Part shown: in pieces, positions 40,608-51,092 of the stretch
Numbering within the stretch: the stretch's first letter is position 1
Layout: each line of letters starts with the position of its first letter
DNA from: a virus
Length of the DNA stretch: 64,000 nucleotides
IMG/VR virus record: IMGVR_UViG_3300007734_000758
Reading direction: 5' to 3' (one strand)
Notes under the pieces: generated by a model
Told to the model about the DNA's origin: nothing
The model's input: the letters and a program-made list of their open reading frames with translations, nothing else
Databases searched by the model: none
Program-made: the position numbers and the translations under genes

Positions 40608-40823
40608 TTATTTTGATAATTGCTGTATGCGCCTATCCAAGTACCAGGCAGCTTTCTTAAGATCTTCCAATTCTTTTGTGGGGTCCTTTTTACCGGCCCG
40701 GGAAATGTATTTAACAACATTACCCAAACAAAAGTCTAATTGCCAGGCTTCAATTACTTTGATAGCCTCGTATGTATTGTCTGCACCACCATAATGTGCA
40801 GGGTGATTTATTGATTCTTTCAT
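40608..40823 (-). CDS. DUF3310 / T7 gp1.7-like (putative nucleotide kinase) domain
   Basis: INHPAHY, GNVVKY.SRAGKK, EDLKKAAWYL. Confidence 0.85.
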   Translation of the reverse strand: MKESINHPAHYGGADNTYEAIKVIEAWQLDFCLGNVVKYISRAGKKDPTKELEDLKKAAWYLDRRIQQLSK

Positions 40824-41302
40824 TCTAGTAACTTTTTAATTTCTTTTTCTGTCTTCCCAAACTTAGCAATCAACTCTTTCAATTCATTCTTCCTATCAAC
40901 CGTTGAGAAGTAAATATCCAAATACTGAATAGCATCCTTCCTACTTATAAGATAATAATCTTTTAGTAACTCTACAAGTCCATCCTGATAATCTTTGGAA
41001 GTTTCTTTCTTTATATACTTCAGATATATCTTCTGTTTCGGTAACAACTCTAAATACAATCTATATACCATTTCTTTATCTAATACAGTCATAGTATACT
41101 TTTGTAACATTGCTACCAATTCAACATAATCCATACTCATCGAAAGCCAGCGGTTAATCATAAAGGGACTGAAAGCCTTTTTATCGGTTTCAGTCAATTG
41201 ATCCCACGGTTTCTTCTCTACGGTCAAGTAGTTGATGAAATCGATTATTGATGCTGTCTTAAGGCTCGAGGCTGATTTTTGTACTGTTGTCTGTTTCTTC
41301 AT
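40820..41302 (-). CDS. clamp-loader small subunit (T4 gp62-like)
   Basis: FMINRWLSM motif; position after the large subunit. Confidence 0.65.
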   Translation of the reverse strand: MKKQTTVQKSASSLKTASIIDFINYLTVEKKPWDQLTETDKKAFSPFMINRWLSMSMDYVELVAMLQKYTMTVLDKEMVYRLYLELLPKQKIYLKYIKKETSKDYQDGLVELLKDYYLISRKDAIQYLDIYFSTVDRKNELKELIAKFGKTEKEIKKLLE

Positions 41303-41537
41303 CTCTGAACATGCTCTGAATTTCTTTAGGTAATAGGTCTACTGCAATATTTCCGCAATCGTCACAACGGAACACTTGAATCGGAACTATCGCATCCTTT
41401 TCGGCACCTATTGCCAGCCTACTCACTTGCTTAAGCATCATCACAGTCTTAAAAAAGAAGCTACCGCAAACGCATTCTATGGTAGGCATCTTACCTAAAT
41501 CTAAATTTAGGTTCATTTGTTGGTTTCCACCTGTCAT
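41259..41537 (-). CDS. zinc-ribbon protein
   Basis: CVCG...CDDCG. Confidence 0.6.
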   Translation of the reverse strand: MTGGNQQMNLNLDLGKMPTIECVCGSFFFKTVMMLKQVSRLAIGAEKDAIVPIQVFRCDDCGNIAVDLLPKEIQSMFRDEETDNSTKISLEP

Positions 41538-42466
41538 TTTATAATATTTAATATGTTAATAAAAAGAGCCATTGCATGTAATTCTTTATCAACCGCGGTA
41601 GGTTCAGTTATCTGCGATTCAGCCAACGCCAAAATCACTGAAGCAACATTACCTGTAGCATACGAATCAACATTATCATACAAGAACCCGTATATATCGG
41701 AAAAGGAATTACTTCCCGTAGAACTCAACAGTCTCCGTATCTCTTGAAAACATGTTTTCTTATCAGAGGATTTGAGTAATTCTAATATTTGCATCTGATA
41801 ATTACTTTCAATCACAGATGTCTTATCCAATTCAAATTTACCTCCAATCGAATACTGCTGCAGTGTATTTAGTATCCTACGGATATCCGGATAGGAAGCA
41901 TTAATTACCATTGCAAGATCTTCCGGAACAAAGGTTACATTCTCTTTCTGCAATATGTTAGCCATCTTTATTGCGATATCCTTTTTGGATGGCGGAACTA
42001 GGTGATACAGTTGACACCTACTTTGCAGTGGTTCAATGATTCGTTCCGGGTAATTCGCAGTCAAGATAAACCTAGTATATAATGAGAACGTTTCCATTAG
42101 ATTACGGAGTGCCGGTTGGGTTGATGTCGGATTTAAAAAATCACTTTCATCAAGGATAACAATCTTTAACGGGTTGAAGCCAGCACTAGAAGCAAAGTTT
42201 TTAATCTTGTCTCGAACCAAATCAATATTACGTTCATCCGAAGCATTGATATATAGATAATCACAATTTATCGAATTGACAATGATCTTTGCCAACGTCG
42301 TCTTACCGCCACCTGCTCTACCGTGAAACAATAGATTAGGTACATCGTTAGTTTCAATAAACGTTTTAACTTTATTGATTACTGTTTCATTACCTATATA
42401 TGTATCTAAGGTAGCGGGACGATACTTTTCTGTCCACAAACTATGTTCTGTTCTTATCATAATCAA
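41534..42466 (-). CDS. clamp-loader ATPase (T4 gp44/RFC-like)
   Basis: WTEKYRP, GRAGGGKTT, NASD, LDESD, SRC. Confidence 0.93.
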   Translation of the reverse strand: MIMIRTEHSLWTEKYRPATLDTYIGNETVINKVKTFIETNDVPNLLFHGRAGGGKTTLAKIIVNSINCDYLYINASDERNIDLVRDKIKNFASSAGFNPLKIVILDESDFLNPTSTQPALRNLMETFSLYTRFILTANYPERIIEPLQSRCQLYHLVPPSKKDIAIKMANILQKENVTFVPEDLAMVINASYPDIRRILNTLQQYSIGGKFELDKTSVIESNYQMQILELLKSSDKKTCFQEIRRLLSSTGSNSFSDIYGFLYDNVDSYATGNVASVILALAESQITEPTAVDKELHAMALFINILNIIK

Positions 42467-43182
42467 GTATGCTGAACTTCAACCAGGAAATATTCACTCT
42501 TAAAACCATCACCCATACACACAACACGCATCAGGCCTGCATTTGAAACTTCAATAGTACCTGACTTCATATTGGAGTTGGCCTTAAAGATTTCAACCAA
42601 ATAATTCGAATTAAATGACTTATATTGAACATCACCTTCAACATCAGCCTTAATATCAAAACTGATTCGAGTCGTATTGTTTTTAGAGTAACCAATAATG
42701 ATTTCAGGAGTGCCTGATTTAGTATTGAATGTGATGTGGCTAATGTCTGGCAATGCTCCCTTTGCTTTGCTAATCTTCCCAATCAAGTCACTCGTAATAG
42801 GAACAGACAATTGGAATGATGGAAGATTTTTAGGTTTCGCGGCAGCAGGAATCACACTCAAATCAGCCAACATATATTGGGCCTTCGTGTCGGCATCTCC
42901 CAATTCAAAATTGATTGGGCGACCATCGATACTGTTCATCTTAATCGCAAGCGAATCACCGAATACATCCAATACCTTTACAAAGTTAGATGTAATAAAG
43001 ATACCTACTTCCATGTCATCCATATCAACATCTTCATATACTACTTTACCAATCAGTCCTTTGTCTTCGGTAATGACATCAGTGGATATCTCCTTTCCGG
43101 AGATTGACCATTTTACGGCTTCTACATTGCCGCCTAAATTGTACTTCTTAATGAAGTCCGATAATGTACTTTTTAGTTTCAT
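42463..43182 (-). CDS. sliding clamp (T4 gp45/PCNA-like)
   Basis: 239 aa, beta-rich, directly upstream of the clamp loader, VS..GL...SEYFL end. Confidence 0.72.
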   Translation of the reverse strand: MKLKSTLSDFIKKYNLGGNVEAVKWSISGKEISTDVITEDKGLIGKVVYEDVDMDDMEVGIFITSNFVKVLDVFGDSLAIKMNSIDGRPINFELGDADTKAQYMLADLSVIPAAAKPKNLPSFQLSVPITSDLIGKISKAKGALPDISHITFNTKSGTPEIIIGYSKNNTTRISFDIKADVEGDVQYKSFNSNYLVEIFKANSNMKSGTIEVSNAGLMRVVCMGDGFKSEYFLVEVQHT

Positions 43183-43194
43183 ATTTACTTTTAT

Positions 43195-44439
43195 TTATTC
43201 AAAATCAAAAAATGTATTTGCTACTTCTGTGTTTGCCGATGGATGAGATCCGCGTGCATATCCTAATTCACGCATACCATACTTAGCATTGTATTTAGAA
43301 TACAGTGGTTTATATCTTTGATATACTGTAAACGGATCGGAGGATTCAAACATTTCTTTTATACACATACAGAGTTGATAAATCATCGGATCTACAATGT
43401 CTTTTAGTATTTCATCATGCGACTGCAACGTCGTCTTGATTGTATTCACCGCATCAAGGAATATATTCAAATTATGATGAACAATAATCTGATACGAGGG
43501 AGTTTTAAAATCAACAATGTCCCTATATGTTCTTCCCTTACATGCAACACAATCATCGAACTTACACGGCAACGGGGCATCTAAATTATAATTAACATCT
43601 GTCGGACGACCAAAGTGTGCTGTTAAGAAAGTACCAGTCCTGTAATCAGTATTAAAATAGTAACCACCATATACACTCATCAACCCTGGAGAGGATGAAT
43701 CCGTAGATACTTGTACTTTACCTCCTGTATACTTATTCATTATCTTCTGAAGGTATTCGTAGATAACAAAATCATATACTTTAGATGCACCTAATATGTG
43801 CAAGAATTTGCATGAATCTTTAAGGAATTCTTTCTCCTTAATCATAATTGCAAGTGCATACATCAAGTGATCGATTCGACGACAATTACCGAAACCCCAA
43901 CCTTGAAAATCAAATGCTTTCACCTTTTCATACCAATACCTATAGGTTTCCTCTTCATTTCCCTGCAATACATTTAAGAATGCAGTCTTACCGGTCTGGT
44001 TCTTCTCGAAGTATTTGAAATTTTCTAAACTAATATCCAGGCAGTAATCAAATTTACCTTCCAATTTTACTCGGGGCGGTAAATCTAAATTCATTGCAAT
44101 GTCAGAATTTGCTTCCAACCAATTGAATATCGTTTCTTTGAATGACGGATCCCAAGCAATAGCACCTGTTGCTAATTGAAATCCTCCCGAATCACCTAAT
44201 ACCTGTGCGCCTTCGCAACCGAAGTCCGCATTCGCATCCATGTTCTTATAATGGTGACCTGCAGTAATAAGGAAGTACTTGGTTCGCCACTTTTCAGGAT
44301 ACTCGTCTGTATAGAAGCGAGAAGTCACTCCAGGACGTAATTCGTGGTTTTTCATTAACCAATTCTTACTGGCGCCCGCACTCAGTGAGGGATAATATGA
44401 AAATTCTTTTTCGCCAGGAATCTTATCTGGTTGTATCAT
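43195..44439 (-). CDS. tRNA-guanine transglycosylase-fold protein (DpdA-like base-exchange enzyme)
   Basis: DSGGFQL, LD.PP, VLQG, H.LG, DSSS, CK...C..C zinc motif, HN. Confidence 0.8.
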   Translation of the reverse strand: MIQPDKIPGEKEFSYYPSLSAGASKNWLMKNHELRPGVTSRFYTDEYPEKWRTKYFLITAGHHYKNMDANADFGCEGAQVLGDSGGFQLATGAIAWDPSFKETIFNWLEANSDIAMNLDLPPRVKLEGKFDYCLDISLENFKYFEKNQTGKTAFLNVLQGNEEETYRYWYEKVKAFDFQGWGFGNCRRIDHLMYALAIMIKEKEFLKDSCKFLHILGASKVYDFVIYEYLQKIMNKYTGGKVQVSTDSSSPGLMSVYGGYYFNTDYRTGTFLTAHFGRPTDVNYNLDAPLPCKFDDCVACKGRTYRDIVDFKTPSYQIIVHHNLNIFLDAVNTIKTTLQSHDEILKDIVDPMIYQLCMCIKEMFESSDPFTVYQRYKPLYSKYNAKYGMRELGYARGSHPSANTEVANTFFDFE

Positions 44440-45514
44440 CTTCGTAACCTTTTATTATTTTATCTACTAATTTTGTTCCGTCAAAAAACTGACCTGCTTT
44501 TTCTTCTGTCGTCTTTGCAACCGCTACATACGAGTCATATCTTTCAATCCTATCACGAATTAAATTAACTAAATTGTTTCTATTTTCCAAATAATATTCG
44601 TAACTTTCAGTCCAGGTACTCGGATATAAGAATTCTTGGTGATACATTTCTGCATAACTCAAACGCCTAGGCATTAATGGTAATGCCCCAGCTAACATTC
44701 CTTCCCAACAACTAATACCTAACGTTTCCTGCAGGTTTGCAGAGAATACCATTTTAGATCTTTTTAATAAGTTATGATATTCCTCTTTCGTTAGATTCTT
44801 TTCCTGGCATACTACGAATTCGTATTCAGGCAATTGTTCTGCTAAGTCCTTAAATATATCTACCTGTTTTTCCTTAGAAACTCGATGCGGGAATAGAATT
44901 ATGTTCTCCTTTTTCGTATCGTTTTCCGGGAAAAGATCCTTAAGGTAATTGAACGGAAATCCTGCTATAACTGCCTTACTAGGATAGAAGTTCATTCCAC
45001 CCAAAGCATTTGTATAAAATAGTTCAAAATGCCATCTAGTAGCAAAATAATTGAAATCAGATGCTTGATAAATAGAACGTTCGAATGAATAGGACCATGT
45101 TTTATGTTTAATCTTTTGACCTAATAAGTCCCAAGCATCATACGATCCTGCGTGCCAAATCGAATGTATTTCAACCGGAATGTCTAACAGGACACTCATA
45201 TATTTCAACTGTATAATACACGGGTTCCATGCATCAGTGAATACAAACTTATCACCAGGCTTGATACTACCATTATTAAACTCGGATGCAATAAAATTCA
45301 TCTGAGTATTTTTCCAAATATTAGTACCGGCAAAATTTAAAAATGCACCCGGCGTGGTTTCACCACTCACACTCTCACCTACTACATTGAAAACGTTAAA
45401 CGGTCGTTTTAAGTCAGTAGCACGTTTCCTAATTAGGCTAGGAATAAAATCCAACCACTCCCCCGTATATCTACTCGGAAGCGGTTCAAGTGACATTACA
45501 TATATATTATTCAT
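44423..45514 (-). CDS. glycosyltransferase (GT-B)
   Basis: HAGSYD, FPHR...EK, QETLGIS..EG...GA.P.P..LSY.EM. Confidence 0.8.
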   Translation of the reverse strand: MNNIYVMSLEPLPSRYTGEWLDFIPSLIRKRATDLKRPFNVFNVVGESVSGETTPGAFLNFAGTNIWKNTQMNFIASEFNNGSIKPGDKFVFTDAWNPCIIQLKYMSVLLDIPVEIHSIWHAGSYDAWDLLGQKIKHKTWSYSFERSIYQASDFNYFATRWHFELFYTNALGGMNFYPSKAVIAGFPFNYLKDLFPENDTKKENIILFPHRVSKEKQVDIFKDLAEQLPEYEFVVCQEKNLTKEEYHNLLKRSKMVFSANLQETLGISCWEGMLAGALPLMPRRLSYAEMYHQEFLYPSTWTESYEYYLENRNNLVNLIRDRIERYDSYVAVAKTTEEKAGQFFDGTKLVDKIIKGYEDDTTR

Positions 45515-45517
45515 AAA

Positions 45518-46450
45518 TTACCATTTAATATATCCACGAACATAGTACGAATGACGATTTAACCCATCCTCAAAGCCTTTCTTCACTTCATCCAGATTAT
45601 TTCGATCGTATCCCATAGTCCAAATAAACTGAGTATCAATAATTCCCGTCTTAATAAAATCACAGGTCAATGCCATTTGTTCGTTAAAGTCAGTATTACG
45701 TGGTGACGGCATTATAAGAGTATGGCAATTCCAACAGTTCGTGAAAAAGTTAGTCGTTACAGGATCATACGGAGTCGCTGCATAGCAAATCAATGCTTCC
45801 AAGTCTGCCAGCTTCTCACCGATAATATGGAAGTTAGATCCTTTAGAAGTCAAATCAATAATAACCTTATAACGCTTTCCAGATGCGATGATATCATCTA
45901 ATTTATGCAGCGTTGCAACATTATGCCAATGATCACGGTTACTCGATCCTACTACCGTAAACTTATAATCGAATATCTTAAAGTACTGTCCGATAACAAC
46001 ACTCATAAAACCAGAACCTAACAAAAGGATTTCTTCATCTTCATATCCCATCGCTTCCATCATGCCCAATGTCTTGTTTGCAATATTAATTGCACAGGCA
46101 GCTGGTTGCAGAATATACTTAGGAGAAGCTTCCGGAATAACTACAAATTCATTCTGCTTTGCTAAATAATAATCGGCATATGCAGGATCAGACCAGGTAG
46201 AAACTATATCACCTACCTTTACGCCTGTGATATTCTTTCCTACCTCTACCACCTCTCCCGTGCCTTCGTGGCCCTGCTTTAGGAATGGCATCGGTTCTTC
46301 GAAACCTGCATACGCCCCGATATCGCTTCGGCAGATACCGGTCATTATCGTTTTAATTAAAATAGTGTCATCAGTACAGATAGGCATATCTACCATATGC
46401 TCTGTAAGGTCACGGTTGCCCGTCGTGTGAAAGTATCGTATTTGTCCCAT
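45518..46450 (-). CDS. MDR/zinc-type alcohol (sugar/polyol) dehydrogenase
   Basis: GICRSD, GHEG.G.V...G, VGD, GSGF; no structural-zinc Cys loop. Confidence 0.82.
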   Translation of the reverse strand: MGQIRYFHTTGNRDLTEHMVDMPICTDDTILIKTIMTGICRSDIGAYAGFEEPMPFLKQGHEGTGEVVEVGKNITGVKVGDIVSTWSDPAYADYYLAKQNEFVVIPEASPKYILQPAACAINIANKTLGMMEAMGYEDEEILLLGSGFMSVVIGQYFKIFDYKFTVVGSSNRDHWHNVATLHKLDDIIASGKRYKVIIDLTSKGSNFHIIGEKLADLEALICYAATPYDPVTTNFFTNCWNCHTLIMPSPRNTDFNEQMALTCDFIKTGIIDTQFIWTMGYDRNNLDEVKKGFEDGLNRHSYYVRGYIKW

Positions 46451-47369
46451 AAAATTTATTTTTTATTGTTTCTAAAACACTGTGAATCCAACAGTCAATA
46501 TAATTTTGTATATCTGCCTTCTGTGAATTCATATCTGAAAAGTAATGAATCATTTCTAAATATGCTGATTCAGGACACAATCCAAAATCATACTTCACAC
46601 TAGGTGTATCATCTTTATATACAATCTCTAATCCAATCTCATTCTCTTTAATCTCCGGAGTCTTCCAAGATGCCTCTATTGTGGTAGGAAATCCTGCAAT
46701 TGCAGATACCGTTAACTTACAATAATCATCGACATCATATACTCCATTCATATCAACTTTACCGTAGTCCGAAGACTTTATATCTTTTAATGTATAACGT
46801 TGTTCAACAGTTACGGGCATTACCGGATAATATTCATTTATTACTCCGAAATAGATACTCAATAAATGCGGAACTAAGTCTGAACTCACACCACTAAATG
46901 CAAATTCTTTATTTGTAAACCAACCTCCTGGATTAGGAATTCGATTTGCATTTAACCATTTGATATTTAATGATTGTATATTTTCTTTGTTCTTAGAAAT
47001 GAGCTTATGAATATCCCGAATGTTCTTGCGAAACATATTGTTCTTAATCATAAAGATGTTGTTACGTTTCGCAAATATCATATCCCATTCAGCCTTTGTC
47101 TTGAATCCTGGCTTCTCTACCAAAACCACCTTAGATACCTCATACAACTTCTTTGCTGCTGATAGGTGTAAATAGTTTGGTAAACATATAATCGACATAT
47201 CAACGGTAGGATGTTTTTCTAACGCAGAGGAAATGTTATGAAACATTGCCTTTTTGTTTGGATCCTTATCGACCGTTATAATATCATACTTATAACGTTT
47301 AGATGATTTACATACCTTTTCGTAGAGTTGGCCAATACCCATTCCTACGATCATAACCTTTAATGACAT
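46410..47369 (-). CDS. Gfo/Idh/MocA oxidoreductase
   Basis: VGMGIG, P..LH, VEKP, GV..DL.PH. Confidence 0.85.
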   Translation of the reverse strand: MSLKVMIVGMGIGQLYEKVCKSSKRYKYDIITVDKDPNKKAMFHNISSALEKHPTVDMSIICLPNYLHLSAAKKLYEVSKVVLVEKPGFKTKAEWDMIFAKRNNIFMIKNNMFRKNIRDIHKLISKNKENIQSLNIKWLNANRIPNPGGWFTNKEFAFSGVSSDLVPHLLSIYFGVINEYYPVMPVTVEQRYTLKDIKSSDYGKVDMNGVYDVDDYCKLTVSAIAGFPTTIEASWKTPEIKENEIGLEIVYKDDTPSVKYDFGLCPESAYLEMIHYFSDMNSQKADIQNYIDCWIHSVLETIKNKFYGTNTILSHDGQP

Positions 47370-47393
47370 AAGTTAAATATATAAAATTTTTCT

Positions 47394-49907
47394 TTAAAAA
47401 TCAAAAAAGCTGGAAACTATTTTTTGCGATTCATCAGGTAATTTTCCGAAATTCAACGCATCATAAAATGATTGTAATTTGTTTTCCAAATTGGATCTGA
47501 ATGTTTCAGTATAATCAATATTCTTTCGAATAAAGTCCATAATGGATGGAGGATCTGAATTACCTGTAAATGCAATTACTTCTAATCCATATTGGTTTGG
47601 AATCAAATGTATCCATTTAATCTTACCACCGCTTTTAATTGGTGGATAGATAGAATCCAAGTTATGTAGTTTTAACATATGGTTATATGCCAATGCTGCC
47701 TTAATATGTGCAGGAGTACCTTTTTTGAACTGTAATCCGTTGCATTTAAAACTATCTAAATTCTTGGCTGATGTCGGCTTTGCGATATCTAAGACATCCT
47801 GCTCTGGTATTGACCGTTTAAAATCAAGAAGCTTCCTATCAATGGTATCTTTATCTACAAATTTAAGAATATCACTTAGCATTGAATTCATGTAATTTCT
47901 AAACATTTTCGGGAAATTACTACGAACAACATCCAGTCCTTTCACTACCACTTTATCTGCAGGAATACCTTTCTCTAAGTCAAATATTTTGTGATAGGCA
48001 TATCGCTTCTTAGCAATCCAGAAACCGGAACTGATAATCGATTCCTCTTTAAACACTAACCGATTATTGTTTGTGAATAAATGATTTGTTGCAAACAATT
48101 CTAAGTTACTATTAATGAACTCTGCCAATTTAGCCGACATATCACGTATCTGCGATACCTCGTCACCATTATGTTTGATTATCTTATCCAATTGGAAATA
48201 GCAACTATCAGTATCAGAATACTTACAATAATCTTCATTAGAATCTACCTTATATGTATTCTTGATGTAATAGTTACCCATTATATCTGCAAAGCGAAGT
48301 GCATCCTGTCCAGTGATGGTCACCGCTTCTACATTATCAATATTATAAAACCTGAATGAACTCAAACCTAAAACACCATACATAGAGTTCAACAGGATCT
48401 TGGTAACGTACTGCAATGAATCATAATAGTATTCCATTGAAGCATTACCTTCTTTGGCATACTTAACCATTAAACGTTTATATTCAACCCTTTCTTCAAA
48501 CCATTTCTCTAGGATTGCAGGGATGAATCCTTTATTCTTCGTAATATATACTGCACCATTACCCGCAACACAATACTGATTAGTATGTAACCATTTTTTA
48601 AACTCATCTAGTGTAAACAGTTGAAGCTTACCATTACGGTATTTGAATGTAAGTTTAGATGGATTAGTCTCAATGCCTTTATGTTTAGCCATCATACTAA
48701 CATTGACCCACTCCTCTAACTTTCCTATTAGGGTCTCACCAGAAATATTACATGTCATGATAACTGACGGATACAGAGATGTAGCATCCAATGCAGTCAT
48801 CCATTTATATCTTCCCGGAATAGGCGGCTTTACATATGCACCCTCTGCCGTTTCCTGTTCTTCATCATCTCTACGTTCAACTCTTGCAGGACCGTTCGGA
48901 CCTACAATACCAATACGTTTCATATAAGTAAGCAGTGCACCATCCAAGTACCTAGAAGAGTGCCATATTGCACTGTATGGTACATGTCCCTTGTGACACA
49001 ATTTCATTGTGATGTCAATGTAATCTAACTTATCATCGATACCACTAACCAACCTAACGTCATTCAGGTTATACTCAATAAACTTCTCAATATCGTTACG
49101 ATACAAGTCATCTAAAGTACCGGTATATTCAGTCTTTCCTTTACCAATTATCTTCTTTGCAATAGCATCTAGTGTGTATGAAGGTTCCTCATTGGGAGTA
49201 AATTTCTTATACAATGCCAGATAATCTAAACAATTGACGCCAGCAATCTCGTATATACTAGATTCGTACTTTCTCTCTACAATACCAATTGGACTTAATG
49301 TTTTCATTGCATCTTCACCCAGCAGATACTGTAGTCTACCACACAGATATGGTATATCAAAGAAATCAATATTCCATCCGGTTATAACGGTAGGTTTGTA
49401 TTTCGAATATACTGCCAGGAAAGAAAGTAAAAGATCCTGCTCATCTTTACATGAACGGATCATTACACCATCACCCTCATATGATTGTATCTTACTTTCA
49501 GGATCTAAAATGAAACATATCTCTTTTCTACTAGGTTTGAATTCTAGAGAGATAGCCGTAATTGCATTTACAGGATTATCCAGGTCCGGATAGTTTTTTG
49601 TGGAATCAACCTCAATATCGATATTCAATATCCTGTGGTTGGTTGATATATTATCGGAGTCTGTATAGTGATCGATTAGTATCCTAGTATCTACCGGAAC
49701 ATCTGATTCATATATCAACCCCGCTTCAACATCTTCCTTCGACCATTTACCTACACGCCTAACTCGTTTACCGTCAATTGTAGTAAACTCACCTGAACTA
49801 TCTACTTTATAGGCATACGGTTTATATTGAAATTGTAAATGTCCCTTTTCATCGTCCCACAAGTGTACGACACCAGACTTTCGATTGTAATATATTGATT
49901 GGTACAC
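47394..49907 (-). CDS. polB: family B DNA polymerase (T4 gp43-like), GTG start
   Basis: DIE exonuclease I, GWN..FFD, YN..D, DATSLYPS, K...NS.YG, YSDTDS, KKRY, KG. Confidence 0.96.
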   Translation of the reverse strand: MYQSIYYNRKSGVVHLWDDEKGHLQFQYKPYAYKVDSSGEFTTIDGKRVRRVGKWSKEDVEAGLIYESDVPVDTRILIDHYTDSDNISTNHRILNIDIEVDSTKNYPDLDNPVNAITAISLEFKPSRKEICFILDPESKIQSYEGDGVMIRSCKDEQDLLLSFLAVYSKYKPTVITGWNIDFFDIPYLCGRLQYLLGEDAMKTLSPIGIVERKYESSIYEIAGVNCLDYLALYKKFTPNEEPSYTLDAIAKKIIGKGKTEYTGTLDDLYRNDIEKFIEYNLNDVRLVSGIDDKLDYIDITMKLCHKGHVPYSAIWHSSRYLDGALLTYMKRIGIVGPNGPARVERRDDEEQETAEGAYVKPPIPGRYKWMTALDATSLYPSVIMTCNISGETLIGKLEEWVNVSMMAKHKGIETNPSKLTFKYRNGKLQLFTLDEFKKWLHTNQYCVAGNGAVYITKNKGFIPAILEKWFEERVEYKRLMVKYAKEGNASMEYYYDSLQYVTKILLNSMYGVLGLSSFRFYNIDNVEAVTITGQDALRFADIMGNYYIKNTYKVDSNEDYCKYSDTDSCYFQLDKIIKHNGDEVSQIRDMSAKLAEFINSNLELFATNHLFTNNNRLVFKEESIISSGFWIAKKRYAYHKIFDLEKGIPADKVVVKGLDVVRSNFPKMFRNYMNSMLSDILKFVDKDTIDRKLLDFKRSIPEQDVLDIAKPTSAKNLDSFKCNGLQFKKGTPAHIKAALAYNHMLKLHNLDSIYPPIKSGGKIKWIHLIPNQYGLEVIAFTGNSDPPSIMDFIRKNIDYTETFRSNLENKLQSFYDALNFGKLPDESQKIVSSFFDF

Positions 49908-49910
49908 TAA

Positions 49911-50546
49911 TTATTTACCCTCAAAACGTTTAACGAAATTATAAAACTCTTCACGTACTGCTGGAGTTTCAATAAAACCGCCAGACAGTTTAGAAGTAAT
50001 CATCATACTATCATGCTTTACTCCTCGTATACATGCACACTGATGCTCAGCCTCAATCATAACAGCAATACCCTTATTCCCCTGTATCGTTTCATCCAGG
50101 AAGGAATGAATCTGCTGAGTCAGATTTTCTTGAACCTGCGGTCTACGTGAAAACCACTCAACAGTTCGATTTAATTTACTCAGACCAATTATCTTTCCTG
50201 TAGAGTCTGGAATATATGCAACATATGCTTTGCCTACGAATGGCAAATGGTGGTGGCTGCATATGGATTTTACGTCAATTTTTCCCTGAAAGACAATCCC
50301 ATCATATCCATTGACATTATCAAATGCAGTAATTTTAGGCTTATCAGTATAACAACCTACAATTAAGTCCTCTACATACGCCTTCGCAACACGATGCGGA
50401 GTATCAGACATATTGGGGTCATTCCTCCAATCAAAACCTAAAGCATCAAGATATTTTGCATATGCCTTTTCGGCACGTTTGATAATACGACGACGTTCCT
50501 TTTCGCTTAACGGAATGTTGTCATTTGAATTCTTTAAAAGTATCAT
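49911..50546 (-). CDS. folE: GTP cyclohydrolase I
   Basis: TP.RVAK, CSHH.LPF.G, GLSKL.R, PQVQE, H.C...RG. Confidence 0.95.
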   Translation of the reverse strand: MILLKNSNDNIPLSEKERRRIIKRAEKAYAKYLDALGFDWRNDPNMSDTPHRVAKAYVEDLIVGCYTDKPKITAFDNVNGYDGIVFQGKIDVKSICSHHHLPFVGKAYVAYIPDSTGKIIGLSKLNRTVEWFSRRPQVQENLTQQIHSFLDETIQGNKGIAVMIEAEHQCACIRGVKHDSMMITSKLSGGFIETPAVREEFYNFVKRFEGK

Positions 50547-50581
50547 AACATGAATATAGTAAAAATAAAATAAACTTACAA

Positions 50582-51085
50582 TTATTGTACGTAAATATTC
50601 TCTAAATTACGTAACGATCCATTTAGATCTAAACCGTAACCATAAACCCAGGCATCGTTTTCAATCTCAAAACAGGAGTAATCAACAATTTTAGGAGATG
50701 ATTTCCTGGTTAACATAGTAACTGTAATGATATGCTTCGGATTATGTTTTAAGAGATGTTCTTTAAGGAATACAAGTGTATTGCCAGAATCGCAAATATC
50801 ATCTACAATAACAACCGTTCTATCAGATATGTCCGTTTCAATATCTTTTGTCATTTCAACCGTACCACGTTCTGTTCCTTGATACGATTTCAATCGAATA
50901 AAATCAACTTCATGTGGTATATTGATTTCTTTGGTTAATGAATCAAAAAACATATATGCTCCATTCAATACACATATAAATAACGGTATATCGTTTGGAG
51001 TTTTAGAACGCAGTACGGTGTTTAGCTGGTGTGCTACGGATTGTACTTTCTTATGTATCGTATTTGTATCGTATAACCTGTTCAT
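50582..51085 (-). CDS. hpt: hypoxanthine/guanine phosphoribosyltransferase
   Basis: VLNGA, SY.G, VDDICDSGNT, GYGLD, RNL. Confidence 0.9.
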   Translation of the reverse strand: MNRLYDTNTIHKKVQSVAHQLNTVLRSKTPNDIPLFICVLNGAYMFFDSLTKEINIPHEVDFIRLKSYQGTERGTVEMTKDIETDISDRTVVIVDDICDSGNTLVFLKEHLLKHNPKHIITVTMLTRKSSPKIVDYSCFEIENDAWVYGYGLDLNGSLRNLENIYVQ

Positions 51086-51092
51086 AATAAAA

